Shown in pieces: positions 27,564 to 36,422 of a stretch of DNA of 64,000 bases. The DNA is from a virus. A model generated the notes under the pieces. It had not been told where the DNA came from and searched no databases. It worked only from the letters and a program-made list of their open reading frames with translations. The number at the start of each line of letters is the position of its first letter. Positions within the stretch are counted from its first letter, which is position 1. The stretch is from IMG/VR virus record IMGVR_UViG_3300028197_000962, positions 1 through 64,000 of that record; one strand, written 5' to 3'. The translations under genes were made by a program, and so were the position numbers.

Positions 27564-28059
27564 TACAGAGACCAGAGAAGTGGTATAGAAGGATGCAATA
27601 GTGAATTGCTTTTAGGATGTCCTGTTTGGACTTTCCATCTTTCTTACCGAAGCGAGAAAGATATTTGATTGCATTGGATCGACAGAATGGTTCTGCATCA
27701 CCAATACCTTCAATGAGATCAAGAGTCTGAGTCTTCGACTCTTTTGAAGTGTAGTGAGAACGATAGGTCATTCCCAAGTAATCACGAACTTCTTTAAGGA
27801 TTACATCTTCATTGTACTTCCATCTTTTGTTGTTGTTATTAGTTGTTGGGAGATCAGGAACTCCTACCTCATCTTGACTAAAATCAAAAGTGATAGCGTC
27901 CTCACCATAATAAGAGGGATACACTTGACCAGCAGCTACCGGTCCATTTTCATCAAAGTTGTATTCAAAGATGTTGGAAGAAGTGTCAGTGTCGGGGAAA
28001 TCGAATTCATTAATTTTGTAGTTCATAGCATCATATAGTAGGGACCAAGAGTTTGTCAT
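27532..28059 (-). CDS. DUF3310/SaV-like protein
   Basis: HY...FCRSNAIKYLSRFGKKDG...DILKAIHY. Confidence 0.7.
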   Translation of the reverse strand: MTNSWSLLYDAMNYKINEFDFPDTDTSSNIFEYNFDENGPVAAGQVYPSYYGEDAITFDFSQDEVGVPDLPTTNNNNKRWKYNEDVILKEVRDYLGMTYRSHYTSKESKTQTLDLIEGIGDAEPFCRSNAIKYLSRFGKKDGKSKQDILKAIHYCILLYHFSGLCNDNPQPYETF

Positions 28060-29111
28060 ACAGATTCTACATCAAACTGCACGTCGATGTCAACCTTATC
28101 ATAGAGATCCATGAAAGCTTGTTTGGTTTCATCATCAAAACGATTCAAACATACTTCGATTGATTTTGCTTTGTCTTCAAAGATATCATAGGCATTAACA
28201 ATGTGAACTAGACGGCGAGTGCTAATCAATTCATCAACACCACCATCATAGAAAGTTTTACGAATGATGTCTGCCCAATCACAAAGACGTTTGCAGAACT
28301 CAATATCGTTACAGATCTTTCCAAGAATCTTTTGTTCAGTTACAGCAGTAGGATACTCTTGCTCAAACGTTACTGGGAATCGTTCGAGAAATGCCTCATT
28401 CAAAACATTAGTACCGATGAAACGTCCATCATCAGAACCTTTACCTTTTGTGTTTGCGGTGGCAATTACATTGAATCCTGTTTTGGGAGAGACAAACTTA
28501 CCAATCTTCTTTAAGAAAACTCCCTTACCTTCAAGGATGGACTGCAAGCAAAGAATTTTATTAGATGCAAGGTCCACTTCATCCAAAAGGAGGATTGCGC
28601 CGCGTTCCAATGCTTCAATAACTGGACCGTTGTGCCATACTGTTTCGCCATTAATAAGGCGGAACCCACCAATAAGGTCGTCTTCATCGGTTTCTACTGT
28701 GATATTGACACGGATGAGTTCTCTACCCAATGCTGCACACGCTTGCTCAACTCCGAACGTTTTACCATTACCAGAAAGACCCGTGATGAACGTTGGATAA
28801 AACAGATTGGACTTAATAATTTTTTTAATATCAGCGAAGTTACCAAAGCTGACGAAGGTATCATCTTTTGCGGGGATAAGGTTTTGATCAACAGCAGGAA
28901 TTGCGGGAGGTGCTTGGTAACTTTTTTCCAACTTTTGTTGTAGCGTTAGGTTCCACTTACCACGTCCTACCCTGAACCTTTCAAGACGTTTCGTAACTGT
29001 CTGATATGAAATATCATTCGACATGCAATATCCTCGAACGTCAGCAGCAACAATCTCATTACCGTATAGATCGCGAAGACTGTCAAGAATGTGTTCTGTG
29101 GATTGAGACAT
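28056..29111 (-). CDS. cobS: CobS-like/MoxR-type AAA+ ATPase
   Basis: GLSGNGKT, LLLDEVD, ATANTKGKG, AFLERF. Confidence 0.85.
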   Translation of the reverse strand: MSQSTEHILDSLRDLYGNEIVAADVRGYCMSNDISYQTVTKRLERFRVGRGKWNLTLQQKLEKSYQAPPAIPAVDQNLIPAKDDTFVSFGNFADIKKIIKSNLFYPTFITGLSGNGKTFGVEQACAALGRELIRVNITVETDEDDLIGGFRLINGETVWHNGPVIEALERGAILLLDEVDLASNKILCLQSILEGKGVFLKKIGKFVSPKTGFNVIATANTKGKGSDDGRFIGTNVLNEAFLERFPVTFEQEYPTAVTEQKILGKICNDIEFCKRLCDWADIIRKTFYDGGVDELISTRRLVHIVNAYDIFEDKAKSIEVCLNRFDDETKQAFMDLYDKVDIDVQFDVESV

Positions 29112-29124
29112 CTGTTTGATTCGT

Positions 29125-29535
29125 TTACTCCGTAATTATAACTGAGGATGGGTTGCTTTGGGGCGGTGGGTAGTTAGGTTTCCGAAGTGTCACAGTGGGT
29201 TTGTCGTCGAACGGTCTTATGTACTCATGGTGAACCGTCTTGGCAGCATTGAACTTTCCAATCATAAATTCATACCCAACTGTGGGATCACACTCTCCAC
29301 ACACAAAGATATCACATACTGCCATTTGTTTTTCAGGCCAAGTATGAATACTAATATGACTTTCTGCCAACAGAGTTACAGCTGTTACCCCCTGAGGAGT
29401 AAATTGATGTGATACTGTATTTAACCAAGTGGCACCACATTTCACTGAGGTCTGGTATAAAACGTTCTCAATGTATATCCTATCATTAAGAAGGTTCTTG
29501 TCACAATCATAGAGAGTGAATAGAATATGTTTCAT
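29125..29535 (-). CDS. speD: S-adenosylmethionine decarboxylase proenzyme
   Basis: GVTAVTLLAESHISIHTWPE...CDIFVCG. Confidence 0.93.
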   Translation of the reverse strand: MKHILFTLYDCDKNLLNDRIYIENVLYQTSVKCGATWLNTVSHQFTPQGVTAVTLLAESHISIHTWPEKQMAVCDIFVCGECDPTVGYEFMIGKFNAAKTVHHEYIRPFDDKPTVTLRKPNYPPPQSNPSSVIITE

Positions 29536-29538
29536 TGA

Positions 29539-30066
29539 TTAGACCCACTCCGGTTTACGATCTGGGATACGAAGATAATTATTCGCTACCCAAGGTTTAG
29601 AAGAAATATACATTTTATATGCAGTAAAAATATCTATACTAGTATCATACTTGAACTCATCAGGTCCTGCAAAGACAAAGGGTGTTGTATCCTTTCCACT
29701 GCGACCTTGTACATCTGCTGTGGGAAGTATCTCCTTTGCTGCTAGAAGGGTCTTCTGACAGGTGTGGACCTTACCATAGCGAGCAGTGTACTCATCGCAC
29801 ATAGCAAGTCCATGAGTAAGGAGCCATTGCCAATTGGTCACAAACTCATTCGCCCATTTAGTGCAGGGATGATTACGAAAAGCACCCTTCTCAGTAGCAT
29901 AGGGAGTACCATCTGCTCTGGGAAGACTACCAAACCCATGACCCCATTTGTCAGAGCATACAATAGCAAGCATCTGACAGGTCTCTAATGGCATCTTGAC
30001 AATGTGTTTATCAGGAAGAACCATGGCAGATTGCCAGGGACTAGGGTCAGTCACAAAAATGTTCAC
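29539..30066 (-). CDS. Pyrimidine dimer DNA glycosylase-like (DenV-related) protein
   Basis: MNIF...DKHIVKMPLETCQML...HPCTKW...EYTARYGKVH. Confidence 0.65.
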   Translation of the reverse strand: MNIFVTDPSPWQSAMVLPDKHIVKMPLETCQMLAIVCSDKWGHGFGSLPRADGTPYATEKGAFRNHPCTKWANEFVTNWQWLLTHGLAMCDEYTARYGKVHTCQKTLLAAKEILPTADVQGRSGKDTTPFVFAGPDEFKYDTSIDIFTAYKMYISSKPWVANNYLRIPDRKPEWV

Positions 30067-32162
30067 GCAACTAACTCCACGAACTCTGATAGAATTTTAC
30101 GATTAAACTTGGATTTTGTCAATGATTTTTTGAAGGCAGCACGAATGGTCGCCTTGTTCGCACCCTCAGCAACGTCAAAATCAACAGTGTTATGCATATT
30201 GGATTGATTCATCACAAACATCTTAGCGTAAGCAGGGACATCAACAGCAGCAGATTTTTGTTTTACGAACGTTTTGACATATTTTGAAATCAGATTTGGA
30301 TTTTCAATTTTTCTTTTCAGAAATTTAGTAAACTCATTGGTGCTAGCCAGTCTGATACCAATAATATTTACATCAGGATTTCTATCAGTAAAGTTTTTAA
30401 TCAAATCATCTACACTATCCCACTTTCCTAGTTTGTAAGTTGTCCGAAGAACAGGATCACGAAGATAAACGTTGTCATTAAAATTAAGTGAGGATGGAAC
30501 GCATACTTCATCTCCTTGATAAGTGGTACGCATTCTTCCAAAGGTGAGGAACTGAGATTCTCCATCAGTCAGAATAACAGTATGAACTTTTTGAAGTCTC
30601 TTCTGAGATTTAAACTCAGGAATAATATTATGAAGACACAAAATGACTTCATTAAGAGGAGTACCACTCAAACCAAATCCCATAGGAACATGCATTCGTT
30701 GATATCCTACGGATAGATACCAAAAATTAAGACACTGCTTCTCAAATTCCATGGCATTACAATCACTATTCATAAATTCAAGTAGACGGAAACTCTTTTC
30801 AATCCACAATTCGTTTGGTTTAGGATCATCAAGCAAACTACTGTGATGTCTTTCACCCTCAACATCTTCATGCCAACAGTTTGTAAATGCATAGACACGG
30901 AAAGGAATATTAACCTTACGACAGAACCAAGCAAGATTGAACAATTGCTTTGCAGTGTCCTCAAGACATCCTCCCATAGATCCTGACCAATCAAGAATGA
31001 AAACTAATCCATGATTTTTTCCATCAGGAATAGTAGTTACTTTCTTGAATAAATCTTCATTGAATTTGTAGGTATGAAGTTTACCACAATCCAATACACC
31101 GGTTCTACTGATTGAGGCACGTGAGTAAGATTCTGCTGACTTACGACACTCAAACTCTTTGACCATATAATTTACTTCTTTCTGAACAGACTTTTTATAT
31201 TTTGCATACGTTTCTTTGAGATATATCATTGGATTGCAACTATCATCAATATCACGATACATGATATCCCAAAACAAACTCAATCTCTCATCAATCGATT
31301 TGTTGGGAATGACAACCTTTTCAATAGGAATATCAGGAATTTGAACATAACGACTTTCCTTACCACCAAAACTCGCAAGATTCCTGATTGCTCCACTTTC
31401 AGACTCAGCAGTATTTACAGAAGGCTCAGTAGAATCCTGGCGAATATCAGAATCGTTACTATCCATATCACTTTCATCAGAATTATCCCAGTTATCAATA
31501 GGATCGGACTCAGAGTTATCACTGCTATCACCCCTATTGTCCATATCAGTGCTGTCCCCCATCTCCGATTCCGAAGTAATTTCCTCACTCTCCGAGTCAT
31601 TTTCTTCCTTTGGTTGTTGAGTTTTTTCTTTGTCGAATAAGTAGAGAAGTTTCGCGGCAGTGATGACATCTTCCCAAGTTTCAGAGTTTTGAATAGATTG
31701 AACGATTGGTTGCTCTTCAAGAGAGAACTTGATACCGAGGAAAGGACCAACCTTGAAGTGTAGGTTTACACGATCTGCAAGAGACATCTTGGTAAAATCT
31801 TCTCCCTCAGTAGAGAAGAAGTCCATATCATGAAACTCTTGATATCCTTTGTAGAAAGTTTTAGAAAGACCAGCAAACCTACGTTTGATAAGTTTTTCAA
31901 TACGAACATCTTCCACTACGTTAATAAATCCATGTGGAACATCCTTAGGAGGGTCTACATTAGGAGTATAGAGGGCATGTCCAACCTCATGAGCAACTAG
32001 AAGATCAAAGATCTCTTCGCTTGCACGCTCCCATACAGGGAGAGTAAGAACACGGGTATCTACGTTGAACTGAGCTGTCTCAACATGCTTGTGTTCGACA
32101 ATCAGATTCTCTTGTGCCAGGAGTTTGGCTACCGTGCCCTTGACTTCTAGGTTGACAGACAT
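30063..32162 (-). CDS. CobT-like protein: N-terminal HExxH metallopeptidase-like domain, acidic linker, vWA domain
   Basis: AHEVGHAL, NVVEDVRIE; MIDAS DWSGSM, GTPL, LTDGE. Confidence 0.85.
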   Translation of the reverse strand: MSVNLEVKGTVAKLLAQENLIVEHKHVETAQFNVDTRVLTLPVWERASEEIFDLLVAHEVGHALYTPNVDPPKDVPHGFINVVEDVRIEKLIKRRFAGLSKTFYKGYQEFHDMDFFSTEGEDFTKMSLADRVNLHFKVGPFLGIKFSLEEQPIVQSIQNSETWEDVITAAKLLYLFDKEKTQQPKEENDSESEEITSESEMGDSTDMDNRGDSSDNSESDPIDNWDNSDESDMDSNDSDIRQDSTEPSVNTAESESGAIRNLASFGGKESRYVQIPDIPIEKVVIPNKSIDERLSLFWDIMYRDIDDSCNPMIYLKETYAKYKKSVQKEVNYMVKEFECRKSAESYSRASISRTGVLDCGKLHTYKFNEDLFKKVTTIPDGKNHGLVFILDWSGSMGGCLEDTAKQLFNLAWFCRKVNIPFRVYAFTNCWHEDVEGERHHSSLLDDPKPNELWIEKSFRLLEFMNSDCNAMEFEKQCLNFWYLSVGYQRMHVPMGFGLSGTPLNEVILCLHNIIPEFKSQKRLQKVHTVILTDGESQFLTFGRMRTTYQGDEVCVPSSLNFNDNVYLRDPVLRTTYKLGKWDSVDDLIKNFTDRNPDVNIIGIRLASTNEFTKFLKRKIENPNLISKYVKTFVKQKSAAVDVPAYAKMFVMNQSNMHNTVDFDVAEGANKATIRAAFKKSLTKSKFNRKILSEFVELVA

Positions 32163-32332
32163 GCAGTTCTCTCAGGTATGTACCCATAATACGACGAAAC
32201 CTCCCGCTTGGGGAGGTTGGTGTACCGCTTCTTAAAGTGGCTCAGTGCTTCACGCCTTGCCCTCATCGCTTGTGGTTTGAGTTTTCTCTTCTGTTGTTTC
32301 TTGCTGTGATGTTGCCAGTTTGGAGTATGCAT
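32147..32332 (-). CDS. Small basic hypothetical protein
   Basis: PNWQHHSKKQQKRKLKPQAMR. Confidence 0.6.
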   Translation of the reverse strand: MHTPNWQHHSKKQQKRKLKPQAMRARREALSHFKKRYTNLPKREVSSYYGYIPERTACLST

Positions 32333-32429
32333 TGAGATACCTGTCAGATGCAGGGTGGGTAATTAACGTCATACCATTTTGTTTGAATTCTTTGGAGATG
32401 TCAACTGGACGGCGGATTTGTTCTCTCAT
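32250..32429 (-). CDS. Hypothetical protein (59 aa)
   Basis: Hand-translated MREQIRRPVDISKEFKQNGMTLITHPASDRYL...; ATGA overlap with the gp46 stop. Confidence 0.6.
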   Translation of the reverse strand: MREQIRRPVDISKEFKQNGMTLITHPASDRYLNAYSKLATSQQETTEEKTQTTSDEGKA

Positions 32430-34132
32430 GGTGCTTTGCGGGAAAAACCTTTGACTTTCTCGAATCTTAGCACATTTTCAAACTTATCAAACAAAGATTC
32501 TTTATGGGATATGATGAATACATTAGCACCTTTAATGACGTACCGGATGATTTTCAAAAACTCTTCGGTCCCAAGACCATCGAGAGAACTATCAAACACC
32601 TCATCCATAATCAAAAGATTTGTGCTAATAGAATTTTTAAATGCAGCAACCTCACGCCAAGTAAAAAGTAATGATAAGTCAATTCTCATTTTTTCTCCTT
32701 CACTAAAAGAAGCATATGAGAAATTGTCATGTATTGGTGATTGAACTGTCTCATTGAATTCTTCATCAAGAGTAAAGTTGATAAAGAAGTCCATCATTTG
32801 AAGATAACGATTAACTTGTTTGTTGATTAGGGGGAGGTACTGTTTAATAATTTTAGTTTTAACTCCCCCATCCTTCAATAAGGAGTAAGCGAAATCGTGA
32901 TTCTTTATTGATTCAGTTTTAGTTGCTAGATCTTCATACGTCCCCTGTAAAGTTTCATTAAACTCATTTAATTTTTCGTGTTCAGAATTTCTGTTCGCCA
33001 ATTGATCGGTAATTCTTTGAATTTCCGATTCCAAGTCTCGGCACTGACGTTGTAATCCTGAAACCCGAATAGTGTTTTTAGAAACTTCATTGTTTAGGGT
33101 AGATACCTCCTGAGAGAGTTTGTTGTATTGAGATTCTTTTAGTTGCTCCTCACCAATTTTAGAGTCTAGATCAACTAAACCTAAATTGAATTCTTCTATT
33201 GAAGTAACAAGATTCTCAATTCTATTTAATCTAAAATCTTCCTCGATATCCTGAGTGCATGTGGGGCATACCGTATTACTATTGAAAAATTCTAATTCTT
33301 TATTAGTATTCTCATTCTTATTATTAATTTTTACACGAAGATTATTGAGTTTATTTTTTGTAGTTGGTTCCCATTTAATGTTTGCTCTTTCTATATCATC
33401 AATCTCTTCAAGTATCTTTGTGTTGTCACAAATATAATGACTTGCCTCCGATGCAATTATTTTTATTTGATCTTTCTTTTCTGCGATATCATTTTTACTA
33501 GACCTCTCAATTTGCTCAATAAATTCTCTTTGCATTTTGAGTTTATCTTTAACAGAATCTCTCTTCAATTCAAGAGTTCTAACATCATCTCTAATAGCTC
33601 TAATCTTATCTTTGATCAAACTATTCATAGAAGAAAAAATTTTAATGTCTAACAAATCTTCAATAACTTCCCTACGATGTGCTGAGGGAAGTTGCATAAA
33701 CGGGACAAAGGTAGAACTGCCTAGAATTACAATCTGTGTAAAAGACTTAAAGTTTAATTTAAGAATATTTTGTTCTAGTTTTTTCTGCTGATCGTTTGCT
33801 GATGCATCTTGATCCTGCACTTCACCATCTACCCACACTTCAAACTTTGCAGGTTTCAATCCACGTACAATTTTATACTCTTTATTTTTGATATTAAATT
33901 CTACTTCAACAACACAATCTTTCTCATTGACAGTATTGATAAGTTGTGGTTTATTAATTTTACGAAATGGTTTATTGAATAGAGAAAATGTCAACGCATC
34001 AAGAATTGTAGACTTACCAGAACCATTAGTTCCAATAATCATCGTATTTTTATTCTCATTCAACTGAACTTCTGTCCATTGATTACCTGTGGATAGGAAG
34101 TTTTTCCATCTAATAGTCTTAAACGTTATCAT
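32426..34132 (-). CDS. gp46: Recombination endonuclease ATPase subunit (gp46, SbcC/Rad50-like)
   Basis: GTNGSGKS, CPTC hook, FSEGEK, MDEVFD. Confidence 0.96.
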   Translation of the reverse strand: MITFKTIRWKNFLSTGNQWTEVQLNENKNTMIIGTNGSGKSTILDALTFSLFNKPFRKINKPQLINTVNEKDCVVEVEFNIKNKEYKIVRGLKPAKFEVWVDGEVQDQDASANDQQKKLEQNILKLNFKSFTQIVILGSSTFVPFMQLPSAHRREVIEDLLDIKIFSSMNSLIKDKIRAIRDDVRTLELKRDSVKDKLKMQREFIEQIERSSKNDIAEKKDQIKIIASEASHYICDNTKILEEIDDIERANIKWEPTTKNKLNNLRVKINNKNENTNKELEFFNSNTVCPTCTQDIEEDFRLNRIENLVTSIEEFNLGLVDLDSKIGEEQLKESQYNKLSQEVSTLNNEVSKNTIRVSGLQRQCRDLESEIQRITDQLANRNSEHEKLNEFNETLQGTYEDLATKTESIKNHDFAYSLLKDGGVKTKIIKQYLPLINKQVNRYLQMMDFFINFTLDEEFNETVQSPIHDNFSYASFSEGEKMRIDLSLLFTWREVAAFKNSISTNLLIMDEVFDSSLDGLGTEEFLKIIRYVIKGANVFIISHKESLFDKFENVLRFEKVKGFSRKAP

Positions 34133-34394
34133 GAAATGGAGTTTGTGGTGGAATTACAATGTCATTTTTGCCAATGATTGCATAGCGAGTAGAAGAAAAT
34201 TCACAAGCCTTTACCATCATATCTGGGTCTATTTCTACAACTTTCATTGATGGGGAATCTTCCACCTCCAACATCATAGCATACCTTGTGGCGTCATCCT
34301 CCTCATCAAAGAGATATATGACGCGATCTCCATCCTCATTTGCTACGGAGTACGCGCCTTCATCTTCTTTTCCATAGGCGGTGAGGACAAACAC
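34119..34394 (-). CDS. Conserved hypothetical protein
   Basis: EGAYSV...LFDEEDDATRYAMML. Confidence 0.7.
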   Translation of the reverse strand: MFVLTAYGKEDEGAYSVANEDGDRVIYLFDEEDDATRYAMMLEVEDSPSMKVVEIDPDMMVKACEFSSTRYAIIGKNDIVIPPQTPFHDNV

Positions 34395-35434
34395 TACACT
34401 ACCTCACATGCTTCTTGATAGATGTTTTTAATAATTTTTTTAACTGCTACTTTATCTATATCAGTCTCAGACTCATCAAGGTATCTACTCAGAATAGAAA
34501 GGGTATCTTCTGATTGCTCAATATTAAAATCTTCACCTTCATTAAAAGCAAAATTCTCGACAACCTTTAAATCAAAGACACCAGAGTCCATGAATTTGTC
34601 AACATACTTTTCAAACTCTTTGGGGTTTGTCTTTTTGCGTACAATAAGTTTTACAATCTTATCTTTATACTCACTAGAATCCAATAGAGCTGCTGGATTA
34701 TCATCATAGTACAGTCGATAAAACATCTTAAATGGATTATCAACTGGAGTGTGTTCTTTGGTTTTAGTATCAAAGAGGTGAAACCCACGAACATCTTCTA
34801 GATCATTCCAGTAGATTTCATATGGATTACCAAGATAGTGAATATTATCTTCCTCACTTCTATGATGATAGTGTCCTGAGTAAACTTTTTCAAATTTCTT
34901 ATATGGATGTCTATCATGACCATGCTCCATTAGGTGCATTTTATTGGCATAGAATCCTTGAAGTTCAAGGTGACCCATTACAATAGGACACTTTGATTTT
35001 TTAAGTGATGAATATGTTGACTCTTGATTCTCAGAGTTAATCCAAGGAACAATAGCTATTTTAAGACCTTCAATATTAATTTCTCTATATTCTGATATGA
35101 CTTCAACATTATCATACTCACGAAGAAGAAGGTCTACTGCATTGATACTATTAGTATTTTTATAGTAGGCAGTATGATTACCAACAATAGTATATACTTT
35201 AATACCCATGTCTCTGAGACGATCATAATAATTATCCTTGGCCCATGCTAAGGCAGAATAATTAATCCCCGTTCGATTATCAAACGTGTCTCCCATATCA
35301 ATTACAGTTTTGATATTCTCTTCAACTAACTTTGGAAAGAATATCTCATTATAAAATTTTAAAAAATAATCATGAAAGAGTTTTGAATTCTTACGAGCAC
35401 CGAAGTGCTGATCAGTGATAATAGCAACAGTCAC
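34394..35434 (-). CDS. gp47: Recombination endonuclease nuclease subunit (gp47, SbcD/Mre11-like)
   Basis: TDQHFG, GDTFD, GNHT, SGHYH. Confidence 0.96.
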   Translation of the reverse strand: MTVAIITDQHFGARKNSKLFHDYFLKFYNEIFFPKLVEENIKTVIDMGDTFDNRTGINYSALAWAKDNYYDRLRDMGIKVYTIVGNHTAYYKNTNSINAVDLLLREYDNVEVISEYREINIEGLKIAIVPWINSENQESTYSSLKKSKCPIVMGHLELQGFYANKMHLMEHGHDRHPYKKFEKVYSGHYHHRSEEDNIHYLGNPYEIYWNDLEDVRGFHLFDTKTKEHTPVDNPFKMFYRLYYDDNPAALLDSSEYKDKIVKLIVRKKTNPKEFEKYVDKFMDSGVFDLKVVENFAFNEGEDFNIEQSEDTLSILSRYLDESETDIDKVAVKKIIKNIYQEACEVV

Positions 35435-35928
35435 GAACGAAGTTTAATGTGTACGTTATCCTTGATGCTATTATAGTTGGAATAGTTGTTTCCGTCAAGG
35501 GTGTTGTTATCGACAAACACCTCGTCAAACCCAGAGCGTTCAAGAATCTTGTTCTTGATCTCCATCTGTTTTTTCTCTCTCTGAATCCGTCTCAGAAAAG
35601 CGTAGTGAATAATCTGAGTAAAGTATGCGAAAGGATTCTGTGACTTTTCTGGATTAAAATTATTAATATATTGAATACAATTTTCAATACCATCACAAAC
35701 CATGTCATCTTTGAACATATAGTTGACAAAGTTTGGTTTGTATGATAGATGAGTTGCAATCTTTAAGAAGCACTCACCAATATAATTTGGAATACGTGGT
35801 TTGGGCAGATCTCTATTTTTTGCTATAACAATCTGATCTTTGTAATCAATGATTGCTGCAAGAAACTCTTTATTATTAACGTAGTGCTCAGATCTTTTAC
35901 GTGTCTTAGGCATGTTAGTTATAAGCAT
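35431..35928 (-). CDS. gp55: Late transcription sigma factor (gp55)
   Basis: HYVNNKEFL...DGIENC...NPFAYFTQI. Confidence 0.95.
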   Translation of the reverse strand: MLITNMPKTRKRSEHYVNNKEFLAAIIDYKDQIVIAKNRDLPKPRIPNYIGECFLKIATHLSYKPNFVNYMFKDDMVCDGIENCIQYINNFNPEKSQNPFAYFTQIIHYAFLRRIQREKKQMEIKNKILERSGFDEVFVDNNTLDGNNYSNYNSIKDNVHIKLRS

Positions 35929-35953
35929 GGTTCATACCATAACAATTAATAAT

Positions 35954-35981
35954 ATTATAGCATACTTTCAGAGCTTGACAA
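35954..35981 (-). promoter_or_regulatory. Extended -10 promoter for gp55 (TTGTCA-N16-TATAAT, with TG-C before the -10)
   Basis: TG-C-TATAAT about 25 bp upstream of the gp55 start. Confidence 0.65.
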
Positions 35982-36003
35982 GACTCTGAAATATGTGTAG
36001 AAT
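35975..36003 (+). promoter_or_regulatory. Antisense sigma70 promoter TTGACA-N17-TAGAAT
   Basis: Perfect -35, exact 17-bp spacer, near-consensus -10. Confidence 0.6.
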
Positions 36004-36027
36004 ACCTTTGTTAGGGTTGAAGAGAAC

Positions 36028-36420
36028 TCATAGCTTATAGAGTTTTTCTAGTACCTCTTTGGCATCTATCACACTAGATATATAGCCCATTTCTCTATTT
36101 AAAGACTCTCTACTGCTAGATGGATCAAAAGCACTATCTCTAATATATTGTAAGTAAACATTAATAACTTCTAGATTATCACTTTCACTAATTGTAAGAA
36201 CCCTATCAAAATTAATTACGAACATATCATCAGAAGATGTTTTTAACCATGGTTCTACTTTGTATCCAACAGTTCCCCATTTTTTTAATTTAACTTCTTC
36301 AAGTGTAACTGGATTTGATAACACTAATAAAGTTCTATCATCTTCTTCGCAGACAGAAACCTTAGAGAATATTTCTTCTCCTGAAATTAATTTTACTGAT
36401 GCAAAAAAGTCGTCTTCCAT
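36028..36420 (-). CDS. Conserved hypothetical protein (possible Sm-like fold)
   Basis: FASVKLISGEEIF...NPV...EPWLK. Confidence 0.75.
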   Translation of the reverse strand: MEDDFFASVKLISGEEIFSKVSVCEEDDRTLLVLSNPVTLEEVKLKKWGTVGYKVEPWLKTSSDDMFVINFDRVLTISESDNLEVINVYLQYIRDSAFDPSSSRESLNREMGYISSVIDAKEVLEKLYKL

Positions 36421-36422
36421 AA

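Noticed and set aside
28056-29111. Cobalamin biosynthesis role for cobS
   Set aside because: No cobN or other cob pathway genes in the window; a generic AAA+/vWA pair is more parsimonious.
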